Source: Eledone cirrhosa (taxonomy: Eukaryota). Taken from it: DNA of 64,000 nt. A program made the position numbers and the translations under genes. Shown one piece after another: positions 1 through 13,269 of the stretch (positions are counted from its first letter, which is position 1; every line of letters begins with the position of its first letter). The stretch lies in assembly GCA_964016885.1 (NCBI GenBank), contig OZ024741.1, positions 200,694,001 through 200,758,000 on the forward strand, read 5' to 3'. A model generated the notes under the pieces. The model did no database searches. It worked only from the letters and a program-made list of their open reading frames with translations, and had not been told where the DNA came from.

Positions 1-79
1 GGAAAATTTTAAAATATTCCTTGTTACTTTTCCTGGAGAATTTTCTCGCATTCGTCGGTGGTGATTGTCAAACTGAGAT

Positions 80-140
<61 letters not shown>

Positions 141-145
<5 letters not shown>

Positions 146-411
146 AACCAGTAAGACCCCGACGGCTGAGCTCAAGCCGTTTCGACGGCTAATTCTGGAC
201 TAAATGAAAATTTATCCTGGTATTTAAATAGCCGAGCTTCTCGGCTATTTAAATACCAGGATAAATTTTCATTTAGTCCAGAATTAGCCGTCGAAACGGC
301 TTGAGCTCAGCCGTCGGGGTCTTACTGGTTCCTATTACCCACTCTACTACCCTAAGTATTGAGTACTTTGGTGCGTTATGGTCCACCTGGTTCCTTACCA
401 CATTTCCTTCG

Positions 412-412
<1 letters not shown>
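141..412 (+). mobile_element. Fold-back PLE-type mini-insertion in (TA)n: 96-bp inverted arms plus about 77-nt tail
   Basis: 141-236 is the reverse complement of 240-335 with a 3-nt loop. The right arm has an HHR 3' half (GAAACGGCT-tgagctc-AGCCGTC). Tail 336-412 recurs inverted at about 61830-61905. Confidence 0.75.
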
Positions 413-445
<33 letters not shown>

Positions 446-548
446 GAAGTAACAGGAGGCAAGACTGGTGTAAATCCTTGAAAGGTTTATTATACTATGA
501 TCATTTCAATGATTAGTTCTATCCAGTGGTGAACCAACAAACCTTAAG

Positions 549-602
<54 letters not shown>

Positions 603-755
603 TGATAGTTTTCCTCAGTTTATCATTACTAATCTGTGACAAACATATTCTCTCTTCTGCCTCCATCAATTTCAAAGGTTCACATTTTTTAACACGATAG
701 CTTACTTTGTTCTTCTTGCCTTTTTTCCTTCCTTTTTCAACTTTGTTTTACACAG

Positions 756-826
756 AAGAAGACATAGATTCAAAAATAATAATGGAATTAGTCACAACTG
801 ATCGCATTCAAGCGGAAGATTCTCAG
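756..826 (+). CDS. Candidate internal host exon (EDIDSKIIMELVTTDRIQAEDSQ), gene unknown
   Basis: Long polypyrimidine tract and CAG acceptor at 753-755; CAG|GTTTGT donor after 826; only the frame starting at 758 is open. Confidence 0.4.
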
Positions 827-1694
827 GTTTGTATATTTGAAGTTTGTTAGAAAATCATGTTATCTGCGACGGCCTGGCATACAGAAAGTTCACCACAAAA
901 GTCGATGTTAAAAAAGCTGTATTGTTGTAACCTATTATAGGTACATGCATGCTACCTAATCATAAATTCTCAGATGTCAATGACCGGCAGTTGCAGTTTG
1001 TAGCATGCAGTATGTTGTTTTTGTTCAGAAAATAAGAAAGTTTTAATACTTAGCAAGCGGTGAAATTCGCGCCTGGCAACTTTAATTAGTAGACTGTTAG
1101 CAGAGAATGGTGAATTATTGTAGGTAGGCTTGACAGCTTGGAGAGCAGTGCTCTGTCAATTGCTGGGGGCATTCTGTGTCGACTCTGATTAAACTTGAGT
1201 TGATATTGTTATTGATTTTACAGCTAAGGAGACAAGTGATTCGTGTTTTTAATGAGTTCTAATTCCAGATCTGGGATTAGATAAATCCTCATATATAATA
1301 CCGCTTTGGCGGACATCTGAGTTTTCCGAAGGAGGAAGGATATCAAAAGATGACAGCACATACTTACTCCTTCCTTTGAGCTATTATTTCTGAGCGTTTT
1401 TAAAAATTATTTTGCTTTAATTATGCGATTTACCCTTAGCCAACATTGTTCTCAACTCACTTTCACTACTTTCTATGTGCTCGATTTATCTTTTTAAATA
1501 AATTATGAATTTATCATGTATGGCATTATATACATCGCATTGCATTGACTTTGTCATATAATTTGATTTTCTCTTAGTAACTCCTTTCTGTTACTATATA
1601 TCTAGGAACGATCGACTTTCGTCAAATCGGACCGAGGGAACAATGTTTCCGTTGGTCTTTCCAATTGCTAATACTATCTATCGGTCGCAACTCC

Positions 1695-1812
1695 AGGTAG
1701 AAGGAGCAACGTGAAATAAAGTGTCTTGCTCAAGGACATAACGCAGCGCCTGGTCCAGGAATCGAACTCACAACCTTACGATTGCGAATCCAATTCTATA
1801 ACCACTCAGCCA
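1695..1812 (-). mobile_element. tRNA-derived CORE-like SINE, partial
   Basis: Minus strand has a tRNA-like head with B-box GAGTTCGATTCC, followed by tccttgagcaagacactttatttcacgttgctcc. Confidence 0.7.
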
Positions 1813-1877
1813 CACATACATATATATGAATTATTAATTGCTCAAAATACCTCTGTCGCATAAGACTATGCGACACG

Positions 1878-1924
<47 letters not shown>

Positions 1925-2089
1925 TCATCATACGTCCGCTTTCTCCCTGCTTGCAAGGGTGGGACAGGCACTATTCTGGCTTGATTTCTACAGCTAGATG
2001 CCCTTCCTAACACCAACCTCATTTACAGTGAGTGCTGGGTGCTTTTTTTGCTGTGGCACCTGCACGACCACTTTGCTGTGGAATGATAT

Positions 2090-2252
2090 AGACCCCAGTC
2101 CCTATCATCTCATTTTTACAGCTGAGTAAACTGGAGCAATGTGAAATAAAGTGTCTTGCTCAAGGACACAACACATCACCCGGTCTGAGAATTGAACTCA
2201 CAACCTTTCGATTGCAAGGCCAATGCTCTAACCACTAAGCCATGTGCCTCCA
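2090..2252 (-). mobile_element. tRNA-derived CORE-like SINE
   Basis: Same family as 1695-1812. ccttgagcaagacactttatttcacattgctccagtttactcagctgtaaaaatg resembles the CORE domain. Confidence 0.7.
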
Positions 2253-2364
2253 TTATATATATATATATATAATTTTTTTCTTTTAAAGTAGACAGAGAAG
2301 AAAAGAACAAAAAACAAAAGAACGTGGAAGCGAAGAGGCAGTACAAATGTTATTATTACTATGG

Positions 2365-2655
2365 AAGGTTAACTTTGCCTTTCATCCTTACGGAGTCGAT
2401 AAAATAAAGTACCAGTAATGTACTGAGTAATTGCTGGCCTTGTGCCAAAAGTAGAAACAATTATTATGGATTGGCAGTATCGGTAGAGGGTCAGCCGCCA
2501 TGCTTTGCAACAAAGAGTTACGGCCCTTTGTGGTCTGAGTTCAAATCCCGCCGAGGTTAACTTTGCCTTTCATCCTTACGGGGTCGATAAAATAAAGTAC
2601 CAGTAATACACTGGGATAATTGCTGGCCTTGTGCCAAAAGTAGAAACAATTATTA
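2365..2655 (+). mobile_element. tRNA-derived SINE family A: 3' partial copy followed by a full copy
   Basis: A-box TGGCAGTATCGG and B-box GAGTTCAAATCC; body ctttcatccttacggggtcgataaaataaagtaccag...gtagaaacaatta repeated across the window. Confidence 0.85.
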
Positions 2656-2686
2656 TCAGTTTCACGCTTGAGAGTGGGGTGTGGGG

Positions 2687-2720
2687 GACGAGCTTTCGGG
2701 TATAAGTCCTTCATCAGGAG
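2687..2720 (-). ncRNA. Degenerate hammerhead ribozyme core, probably from a PLE 3' end
   Basis: Minus strand CTGATGA-aggacttataccc-GAAA-gctc; stem I is poor. Confidence 0.35.
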
Positions 2721-3067
2721 AAAAGTGGGTAGGAAGAGAGTTCCGAGGGTGTGTGGGGGTGTGCTGAAAAGACATTTAAAAAAATGATTTTAAAAAAGGG
2801 GGGAGAAAGGGGAGGAAAACATTTTTTTTAGAGAGTAAAAAAATGTTTTAAAAATAAAAAGAAACAAGTGGTGAACGTGTGTGAGGCGTGTAGGGGTGGT
2901 GGTGGGTGGAGAGGGGAGAGGGATACGGGGGTCCGAGCGGGGAGGGCGAAGGTAGTGTGTGTATGTGTGTAGGTGTACGTGTGTATGTGCGTGTCGATGG
3001 AGAGGGATCAGATGGGTGGGGGAGAGGGGGCGTGTGGAGTCCGGAGGCTGAGTGTGTGTAATGTGAG

Positions 3068-3140
<73 letters not shown>

Positions 3141-3338
3141 GAAAAATTGAACAGGGACAGAACAGAGAGGCAGTACGATAAATGTTTATTAAATTCACGC
3201 TCAGGAGAGTGGGGGGTATATATATATATATATAGTTCAACTACACAACGTGTGTTTTCGTCCATCATGCGGTCTCGACAAAGAAAGAGTATTTATAATT
3301 TCTTAGTCATTATACCCTTATTTTTTGAAGAATTAAAA

Positions 3339-3420
3339 CTCCCCTGAAGAGTATTGCTGATTCTTCAATTATTGGTTATTCTAATAATAGGTTCTTCCGC
3401 AAATGAAACCATGGTAGAGA
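3339..3420 (+). ncRNA. Hammerhead-like motif with long stem II
   Basis: CTGAAGA (3344-3350)...GAAA-CCATGG-TA with palindromic stem III; stem I imperfect; lies between TA tracts. Confidence 0.5.
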
Positions 3421-3574
3421 AATCTTTATACAAGCGAATATAGATAGAATATGTTTTTGTCTATCTGGCGTGTTACCCCATAAGAGTTTTTTCTCACTTA
3501 AATTTAATGTACAATATTGCTTTTCTGAGTGATTCCACCCAGTGAGATGTTTAAGTATTAGAGACTAATTCACC

Positions 3575-3641
<67 letters not shown>

Positions 3642-6087
3642 AACTCAATTAGAAGTATTCACCGTATTTTTTACTACAGAAAATAGTCTAATAACAGTGA
3701 ATATAAGACCCGAGGACGGAAGAAATTTGTATCAGCAAGCGTGGGAAATATTAAAGCTAGTTGTGCATTAGTTTGGAAAATGGGATAGTCGTGGTTGGAC
3801 CACCTTTTAACGTAGGTCAGCTCAAGTAGGATTCAGTATTGGAATCAACGCAAACACTTCATATTTCTGCACTCTCACACCATTATACTAAATAGAACAG
3901 GTTTATCACTCATCAATATGTGCTGTCTATATGGATCGGAAATTTGACAGGTTTGGTATAATGTTGGTGAGAAATGTCCTGTAGTATATTTAGTTGCATA
4001 CTTTTACGTTCTGAGTTTAAATCCCACCCAAGTCAACGTTACCTTCCCTCTTCTTGAGATTGTTGAAATATAATACCACTCGAGCAATCGGCTTTATCTA
4101 ATCGACTATACCCTCTCCCCCCACATACATACCCAACAAAATTGTGTCCTAGCATCTATGTTAGAAACCTACATTTCTAAATTATAAAAGCGCTGCGAAA
4201 TGTTAGAAACGGTGAATCAAAGAACTAAACAACTTAAAATATTTAATTTTCCCTCTTTACATTCTCAGTTCAAATCCCTACCTCATCTTCCATCCATTTT
4301 TTTGGTGAGGCCGAGGTCGGCAAAATAAATATTTCAAGCAAAAATAAAATTCAGTAACAATGTGAACCGATTGAATTTGATGTACTTCAACACAAAATAA
4401 TTTGCCTTACGTCTAGTTAAAAAGAAACCTTTATTTCCCATTTTTGAAAGTGTTTACGAAAATAATAACATAACTAGCATCAGAAGTAACAGTAACATTC
4501 GTGGCAACAATAAACTCGGGAAAAGCAAAGCAGAAACAATAACATAAGCACCAGAAATAATAAATACCAGCAATTTTGATTATGGCAATAACAACAAAAA
4601 AACAACAGCAACAACATAATTACAATTTGTGTAATCAGCGACACGGCCGAACGCCAATGAAAGTTGCCGCTACTTTTATCAGTCATTTGACGTCAGAGTT
4701 AAAACGTCTGGGAAGTTGATTAAATATTAATTCTACTCTTCGAAATTTCTAAACCTCTTGCATTCAAGATATCTCTTCATTTATTTGTTTGTCGGTTTCT
4801 TCAAATGCTTTTAACCTCGCTAGTCTACCGACTCGAACTTTGATCCGTTTATCTCTAATTATTTCGTCTTCCGCAGCTATTTTTAGTTTAATCAGAAACA
4901 TAATATTATTTTAAGTCGTCAGCCTTCTGCTTTGATATTGCTGAAGAGTCAGATCAGATAAATGCCAGGATGCAATTACGTTATCACATTAATATAAATT
5001 TGCCTCGACACCTGATACAATTGGCTTGCAAGAAGTAAACTATATACAAGTACATTTAAGTACACACGTATACATACTTATGTGAAAATCAAAATGTAAC
5101 AGCCACCTCTATCGGTATCGAACACATACTAAATGTTGTATAAGGCTAACACTACTAGTTTCACTATAAATTTAAGCTTAATCTTGAGAACTTTTAAACT
5201 TAAATAATCAATAATTTAACCAGAAAATTACGAGTAACTGTGTTAAGTATATTAATCATTTTTCATTTGTGTAAACGAGAATTGGAAGTTCGATGAAAAA
5301 TGCTAACATCAGTCTTGCAATAATAAATCAAATCTACTCAGCGATTGACAATAATACCCTTCCAGTTATCTTCAATAGTACGGTGAGGACCACAACACGC
5401 ATGAATATGGGAACATCATTTGAGTACAACACTTCATTAAGGATCAAGAAAGGCAACGCAAACTTTGGACTGGATTTTCTTAAGAAAGATAAAGAGGAGA
5501 AAAAACTCCTATTTATCAGGATGCTTATTCATATAAATTAGACTCTATAACAAGCTAACATGATAAAAAACCTCAAACAGGATCCGGCCTATACAAGCTG
5601 GGGTCGAAACTAAATGAAACTGTAAAGTCGAAAATAACTAAGCTACACAATAGGTGTGAAATCCTTTTAATATCCTGAAGTATCACGTTACAAATGAGTC
5701 GTCATTTACGGGCTTTGACTAAAAGTAAGCAAATATAATATATAAAACAGTCAGTGTCACGTCGAGATTTATGATATACATTTTGTTTTATTTTTTACAT
5801 TAATAATTCCAATCTTCGCTTAGAACTTATTCTAGGAAGCAACACTGATAGTCATTTGAGAAGGAAAAAGACTCAAGATTCTTAATTGCACAAACTAAGA
5901 GTCACTGCTCTCTAAAAAAGTAAAATTTCAAAATTTTGACAACTTACGCAGCGTTATATCTTTTATCAATGACATTTGATTGGCACCATGTACTTTGATG
6001 CAAAGAGAATTCTTTAAAATAACTTAGACCTCCGTTATCTTTATGGCAGAATTTTATGTATTATTATACTTTAAATTTATTAGAGAA

Positions 6088-8240
6088 CTAGCAGAGGTAC
6101 CCGGCAATACCCAGGTATTTTATGGAAGTAACAATAAAGTTTTGCACAAATTACAAAATATTTGACCATTGAAATATGATTGCTGAATTTTAATTGAAGT
6201 AGGAATTATAGCAGAATATTTATTGTCACTCGTTCAAAGCAAATCATCGAGATAAATATATCATTAGTTTTGTCCAGTGGAGCTTTTTTTAAAAATATTA
6301 CTCCCTATTACAGCCAGCATATATAATGCTTCACACTTGGAAGAATCATTAGGCATGTTGTCAGTGAAAAGGACATGGCCAAAAATACATTTGGATGTTT
6401 TTTTTATTTATCTTTTTGTTTTGCACAATCATAACCTCTGAAATTCAAATAACATGTGAAGACTATTTTAAAAACCATAAATAAAATAAAATAAAAAATA
6501 GACTTAGCATTGGTTTAAGAATGAATGAAGCATTTACTTCCTCATTCCTGTAATTCAGGAAAGTGTATTTAAATTTTTACACTGTATCTTTCACCAACAT
6601 TTGCCTCTATGGCAGTAGGATCATGTTTGAGAGAGATTTGTTTTCTATTTCTTTTAGGTACACCTTTTAGGTACACCTACACAGTTATAGTGGCTCCCAT
6701 GACATACATACACATGCATGTGTGTGTGCGTGTGTTTGTGTGTGTACGACTGTTGGCTGTGATTTAAAATGGATTTAGCTAATATTTCTAGTAGATTGAG
6801 GTATCACATAGAACCTTTCAATTTTGCTTCATACATAAATTTAGCTTAGCTGACATAAACAGATCTCACTTCTGCTATTTTATATAACAGGAATGTCTGC
6901 ATATTCTTCCCAAGTAACACTATGTAGTAAAGGTCCGACTTTAGAATTCTTTACTATATGACTAGGGAATCAAGATCTATTGTCATTGAATGAGGAATTG
7001 CGATATTGCAATTCCAAAGCCTCTGGATAAACAACATTCTTGGTTTTGCCCTGTGGTGCTACAAGAAAGAGACAATCAGGAGCATCGATGAAGAAAAGTC
7101 CTCCCCTGTCATTTTCAATGTTGTCCATGATGTTGTGGTAGGCGTATTTCTGGTCATCCAACAATCGAGGTTCATTTTTATCCACAAACTTACGGAAGGT
7201 TTAAATATGCTAGTTTGTCTCATGAAAAACTTCTTGTGCTACCTCCATTTCTTCATATGGTTCTAGAATCCGGCAGTTAGCTAATGTGCTATTCATTACC
7301 TGAACTCGATAGGAGAAGTCGCAAAGGGCTTGATTTTAAATCCTGAGGATATATTCCATATACCCCCCCATGATGTCTTCGGGCTAGTTGTAGATAGTCG
7401 TCCGACACATTGTTTTTGTACTCCTGCCTGAGTAGGTGAGCTTTATCAATTCCACATGCTGTGGTTATAGTAGCAAGCAACTGTCTTATTTGACTGGTTA
7501 CTTGAGCGACTGCTGCTGCTTCTTGGCTCTTCTTCCAAAGACTATTGTCATGCAAGAATCCATGCTCTTTAGATGCGTCTCAGTATGTTGCGCACATTCT
7601 TCCCCCAAAGCATCTGAGATCCCCAAATGACGTAGGTCCTTGAACAATATGCAGATGTAGCCGTAAATAAAAATGCTCCCTGTTGTTGTGGTGGTCATTG
7701 TAAACCTGCCCAATAGCATCACTTGCCTTGACTTCATGACCTACCACTAGATGACTCTGATTCCAGGTCTTGCAATTGGTCCAGGTGTATGTTGGTATGT
7801 CAGCATATAGGAGGGATGGAGTAAATTCATCATTCTGGTAAAGTTTTTAAAAAGCAGTTAGAGTAGTGTCAGATCGTGCTTGTGCCAACTGATAAACAGT
7901 AGTCTCAGTGAAGTGCACTGTCAGTCCATTTTCTAAATGGACTGAGAGGTTGACCACTGTTGGATGGCGTTGGTGGATATCAAATCCAAAGATCTGCCAA
8001 ATAACTTCATTGCTGGAGATTTATCGACCTGTCTGATACTGTTTGACCTCAACCAGCCCACCATAATTGAATTCCTGGTCAGAATCAAAGGTAGCCATGT
8101 CACTACTCTTGTTGATATATTTTGTGACATATAGAATTACTTTGACACAGCTGCAATACTCAACGTTGATATGAGCTTTTAGAAGTTTACATAACATTTT
8201 GTTTTGTGGGACCACCGATCGATTTTCTTTGGTCAGCTCT
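6088..8240 (-). mobile_element. Decayed, internally deleted Helitron (Rep/Pif1 helicase remnants)
   Basis: Minus-strand peptides NRSVVPQNKMLCKLLKAHINVEYC..YVTKYINK, EAAAVAQVTSQIRQLL, GGLFFIDAP and APQGKTKNVVYPEAL. The 3' end reads tacctgggtattgccgggta-cctctg-CTAG-t, a Helitron-type hairpin plus CTAG. Confidence 0.85.
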
Positions 8241-8304
8241 AAGTCGAATAACAGTAGAAAAAAAAATAACGCAAACATTTATCCGATAATATGATTTTCT
8301 CAGG

Positions 8305-8750
8305 TATTATTATGTTTGGGGAGGGTCATGTTATCCTAATTGTGCCAAAATATTAATTTAGTTCGCAATCAATGTTTATCATTGATTGACCAACAGTTAA
8401 AAATATAAATATGAATATAATTTCTCAAAGTTTCTCAAAGTTCTTTCAGCACACTTATTTTTTTCTGTGACATCTTCAGTGATTTCCTCCCGTAGTGTTT
8501 CTATAAAGTTTCTTTTTGTTTGTTTTTGATTGTTAGCTAAATGATTTATAAATGATTTATAAAAGTATAAAGATATACTTAACTCATGTGAAAACCAAAC
8601 CAAACCAAACAGTGGGTGTGTTTTATTATTATTTTGGTCAACATGACCCTCCCCAAATATAACAATATGTGTTACACACGATTTCATATAAAGAAAACCT
8701 TGCAAAACAAATACATCGATTTCCCTAGGGTTTATTTGTATTATATATAT
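8305..8750. mobile_element. Inverted PLE-end insertion related to the 22371-24196 family
   Basis: ggggagggtcatgtt (about 8318) is inverted to aacatgaccctcccc (about 8640), which carries a tail. Minus-strand HHR at 8435-8482: tca-CTGAAGA-tgtcaca..tgtgct-GAAA-gaac-TT-tga. Confidence 0.7.
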
Positions 8751-8786
8751 CGTTAACTATAGAGAGAAGAACAGTTGAAGAACGTC

Positions 8787-8890
<104 letters not shown>

Positions 8891-9083
8891 TCTAACTTAA
8901 GAACGGTGACACACATATATACACACACATGTCTCTAATTTAAAAACGCCGCCACATTCACGCGCGTACACATACACACACGTGCGCACACATACACTGT
9001 CCTATTACCACTTTTGTGAGAGAGAGAAAAAAAGAAAAGTAATATTAAGAATGGGAACAGTTAAAATGTGTGTAAAGAATATA

Positions 9084-9395
9084 TAATTGTTTCTACTTTA
9101 GGCACAGGGCCAGCAATTACCTAGTGTATTACTGGTACTTTATTTTATCGACCCCGTAAGGATGAAAGGCAAAGTTAACCTCGGCGGATTTGAACTCAGA
9201 TTATGAAGGACCGTAGCTCTTTGCTTCAAAGCATGGCGTTCGAACCTCTACCGATACTGCCAATCCACCGTGTAAAGAATCTATAATTGTTTCTACGTTA
9301 GGCACAAGGCCAGCAATTACCCAGTGTATTACTGGTACTTTATTTTATCGACCCCATAAGGATGAAAGGCAAAGTTAACCTCGGCGGGATTTGTA
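9084..9395 (-). mobile_element. SINE family A: full copy plus 3' partial copy
   Basis: Reverse complement of 2469-2652; tgtaaagaat appears three times (about 9071, 9271, 9392), resembling target-site duplications. Confidence 0.85.
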
Positions 9396-9472
9396 AAGAA
9401 TAAATAATAAAAGTTATACTTCAGTATCTTACCTCCCATCCCCAATTTATCGAACACTGTTATCATTTTTTT

Positions 9473-9515
<43 letters not shown>

Positions 9516-9794
9516 CCTCTCTCTCATCCCTCTCTCACCCCTCTCTCATTTTTTCTCTCTCTCCCTCATCCTCTCTGTCTCTTTCTCTACAGAATGGAAA
9601 ACAAAAATCAAAATGAGTTCTTTCAATATTCATAAGAAAATAAGAAAAATTGAATTGCAATCAATTGCTTGCTTTGCAAAGTAAAACTTTGGTTACCATT
9701 ACCTTTCCAAGGCTCTAGTAAATATGTATATGTAATTCTGAGGGGTCGATCCACTAGTTACTGAGTTTTAGGCGGACACACAAAATCGAAATCT

Positions 9795-9842
<48 letters not shown>

Positions 9843-9847
<5 letters not shown>

Positions 9848-9955
9848 ATAATAATAAAATTGAAGACTAAAATCCAAAGAGGGCTCGATAAGGAAAATAT
9901 ATATCAAATATATAAGAACCGTAGAGCAAATATTTATTAAAATAATGTTATTTTA

Positions 9956-9962
<7 letters not shown>
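9843..9962 (-). mobile_element. Minimal copy of the 3' end of the 14768-18833 PLE with a tiny fold-back
   Basis: Reverse complement of about 18730-18833; ends in tatttattaaaataa-tg-ttattttaataaata; flanked by (TA)n. Confidence 0.8.
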
Positions 9963-10010
<48 letters not shown>

Positions 10011-10015
<5 letters not shown>

Positions 10016-10385
10016 GATATTAACAAATGGAAACTATATTTATAAAACCATATTTATTTCATTATACATATTTCAAGGATACCAAGTTAAATTATGGTAT
10101 GCCTTCATCAGACAAAATACAATATATATCAGTTTTATAAATAAACATTGACGTACCCTTTCAAAATGCAACCGTTACTTTTGGAAGACATCATTTTGTC
10201 TGATGAAGGCATACCATAATTTAACTTGGTATCCTTGAAATATGTATAATGAAATAAATATGGTTTTATAAATATAGTTTCCATTTGTTAATATCGTATA
10301 TCTACTCCAAATACTTATCGAGTGCTTTATATCAGTTATAAAAATATTTGCTTGTTGTATCCCAACAATTTAAATAGAACTTTTG

Positions 10386-10387
<2 letters not shown>
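10011..10387 (+). mobile_element. Fold-back PLE-type mini-insertion: 108-bp arms, 74-nt spacer, tail
   Basis: 10011-10118 is inverted to 10193-10300; tail 10301-10387; flanked by TA tracts. Confidence 0.8.
10193..10255 (+). ncRNA. Minimal type I hammerhead ribozyme
   Basis: attttgt-CTGATGA-aggcatacca..tggtatcctt-GAAA-tatgta-TA-atgaaat; stem I is 7 bp with two G-U pairs. Confidence 0.7.
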
Positions 10388-10418
<31 letters not shown>

Positions 10419-10678
10419 TGATAGAGAGATATAGATATATAGAAAGATAACAAAACATTATGTTTATGTGTATCATAATTAATTCCCTGTATAAAAATAT
10501 ATTCTAGCTTTGAAATACATTGTTGTTTACAACAATAAGAGCTACGGTGCGTGGTGCAATGAAAGCAAGGAACATTGTCAAGTCAAATAAAGTATATATA
10601 CACAGTTTATCTGTCTGTCTCTCCGCCCGTTTCTCTCTCACTCACTTTATCTATCTTTCTCTCGCTCTCACTCTCACA

Positions 10679-10735
<57 letters not shown>

Positions 10736-11159
10736 AAGAATTACAATTTAGCATCGGCGTAGCTGTATTCATACATGTAAGTGAATTTCCTATATCTAAA
10801 GATACACGGTGTTTAATAAATAAACATTTTGAAATCCAAGCTATGATTTGAAAGGCTGACGGCCAGCGCCGTCTAGCAGATTGCAGTAGAAGCAGTGGGG
10901 GATAACTGTCTATGCATTTCGAGCTCTGGCCCTCATGGAACTTGAAACGGGCGAAAATATATAGTGTTTTCGCCTGTGTAGGTGGGCTGATTAGCCCCAT
11001 TTTTATACGAAGTACACATATACATATGTTAGAGATCACCTTCCAACGAGTTAAGTACGTTATTTGCAAATTCCATCCGACTGATCCTATACCCGCCAGT
11101 TTTTAAATCACTCCCGACCCAGCTGCACATGTCAATTCTTGGTGGAGCCTGAACTCACA

Positions 11160-11512
11160 ACGAATAGATTCATCTTAACATCAATTTATCGAAACACAAC
11201 TACTTATAGAGACATAAGGGCGACAAAAATCTGTCCGTCAATCTCATACTCCAGAAAATTTCCAGTGGACCGCAATTTTCGAGGTCTAGAAAACAAGGAT
11301 TCCTCTCTTGGCAATATTCCCAAAATTTCTTGAAGATCTGCCGTAGTGTTGGTTGGTCCTGCTACGCCCGAGGTAAAAACCATAATATTCCTCTTTGCCA
11401 AGAACTTAACATACTGAGGAGGCTTAACGGGGAGAATTCTTCTATAATTAGAAGGATCTTTTTTGTGTCCCCTTTCCCTTTTGAATATCTGGATAATTAC
11501 TGCTGAAGCATC
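11160..11512 (-). pseudogene. Highly decayed non-LTR RT fragment
   Basis: IIQIFKRERGHKKDPSNYRRILP resembles the LINE RT motif IPIFKKG..DPSNYRPISL. Confidence 0.5.
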
Positions 11513-11595
<83 letters not shown>

Positions 11596-11718
11596 GGAGG
11601 TGAGTTTTATTGTAGTACAATAAAGCAATGCAGATATCGGATAAGTAGCACTCTACAGTTTGTAGGAATGGAGTATAAATAATATATAAGATCAAAAGAT
11701 GGTTAAAAGAGTTCCATG

Positions 11719-11789
11719 TATTTTATTATGCGCATTTCAAAAACAAATATCATCATGCAATAACATTTGCGTTTTCGTCAGATAAAATA
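11719..11789 (-). ncRNA. Minimal type I hammerhead ribozyme within a TA-flanked PLE-end fragment (about 11592-11850)
   Basis: tattttat-CTGACGA-(gcaaatgtta/tgatatttgt stem)-GAAA-TGCGCA-TA-ataaaata: 8-bp stem I and palindromic stem III. Confidence 0.8.
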
Positions 11790-11874
11790 GGGAGACATGA
11801 TATGAAGGTTAAAACACACTTGTGAATAGTGCAGTTTTAAATCAACATATCATATTATATATTATATTATATAT

Positions 11875-11943
<69 letters not shown>

Positions 11944-12139
11944 TGGTTGTTTTTCTTTGTGACCGGATTTTGGCGATCAACAAAGTATTATTTCCACCTC
12001 ACGAGGATGGGCGTCTCTTCGAAGAGCAGAACACCATAATCAGAAGAATATTCGAAGAGCAGAACACCGTAATCAGAAGAAGGTTCGTGCTTAACCTTAC
12101 CTATGCTTAACCTTAGCTATAGTCATGAATAATGAGTAA

Positions 12140-12430
12140 TGGCCGATCACTTCACAGTTAATGAAAATGATGGAATAACGTTGTGTATAATATGTGCAAA
12201 GAAAATTCTCAGAAAGTAAAAATATAAATAAGAATCTTAGCGCATCATATTGAAATGTAACCTCCAGTGGCCTGCATCTTGCCCTATAGGGTTGGAACTT
12301 TCGGTGTATTTTGTCATATTTTCTGATTATTTTTGCTTCTGAAGAAGTTTAGCCACATTTTTTTTGCATATGTTATACACAATTTTATTCCATCTTTTTA
12401 AAGTTTTGAATTACTGTGTAATAATCGGTG
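12140..12430. repeat. Degenerate inverted repeat, MITE-like
   Basis: gatggaataacgttgtgtataatatgtgcaaag is inverted to tttgcatatgttatacacaattttattccatc. Confidence 0.4.
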
Positions 12431-12646
12431 AAAAGGCCAAAACTATTTTAAGGCATTATTCTTTCTTTTTCTTTGATTAGATATGCTGTGTTTACATCTA
12501 TTTTTCAGTATCTTTTACCTAAAAATATTTCTCATATCTTCCACCTATAACGGCATAAACATATTGTGCTTTATATATAACTATTTGGCAATTATACATC
12601 CTCCTATATAACTCTCTACATACAAACAGATATATTTTTAACCACG

Positions 12647-12700
<54 letters not shown>

Positions 12701-13198
12701 AGAGAGAGAGGGACGGAGGGGAAGAAAATTACAAAGTTATAATTAAAAACAGCATAATCCAGATGAGTGGGAATAACGTTTATTGCGTAACACTTACACA
12801 TGTTTCATCATATGTATTACATATAAGTCTTTCCACTTTGAAAATTCTACATATCTAAGTAGTTGGACGCGAGTCAACTTGATTAAAATAATGAAATAAT
12901 CAAAAATTAGCGCTCCAAGACTTATATGTAATACATATGATGAGACACGTGTAACCCCCCCCCCCATCTTGATTAAGGTGTTTTTAATAATAGTTTAGTA
13001 AATTTGCATATACACACTGTAAATTGTTACACTTGGAAACTATATAACTAAAACAGGAACTACCAATTGGAATAATTCGTACGTTGAGTAAACACTGCTG
13101 TAAGCGGCCTTTGATTCTTGTTGAATAATAAATTTAATTGATTACACAAACGGAATTTGAATAATCCCCCCTCTCTCTCTGTATATATATATATATAC

Positions 13199-13248
<50 letters not shown>

Positions 13249-13269
13249 AAGAGAGAGAGAGAGAGAGAA

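Noticed and set aside
5293-5541. 82-aa ORF
   Set aside because: No recognisable domain or splice context; length is compatible with chance or TE decay.
12018-12082. Two tandem 32-bp repeats (ttcgaagagcagaacacc..aatcagaagaa) of CRISPR-like length
   Set aside because: Adjacent duplication with no spacers or cas genes, in eukaryotic DNA.
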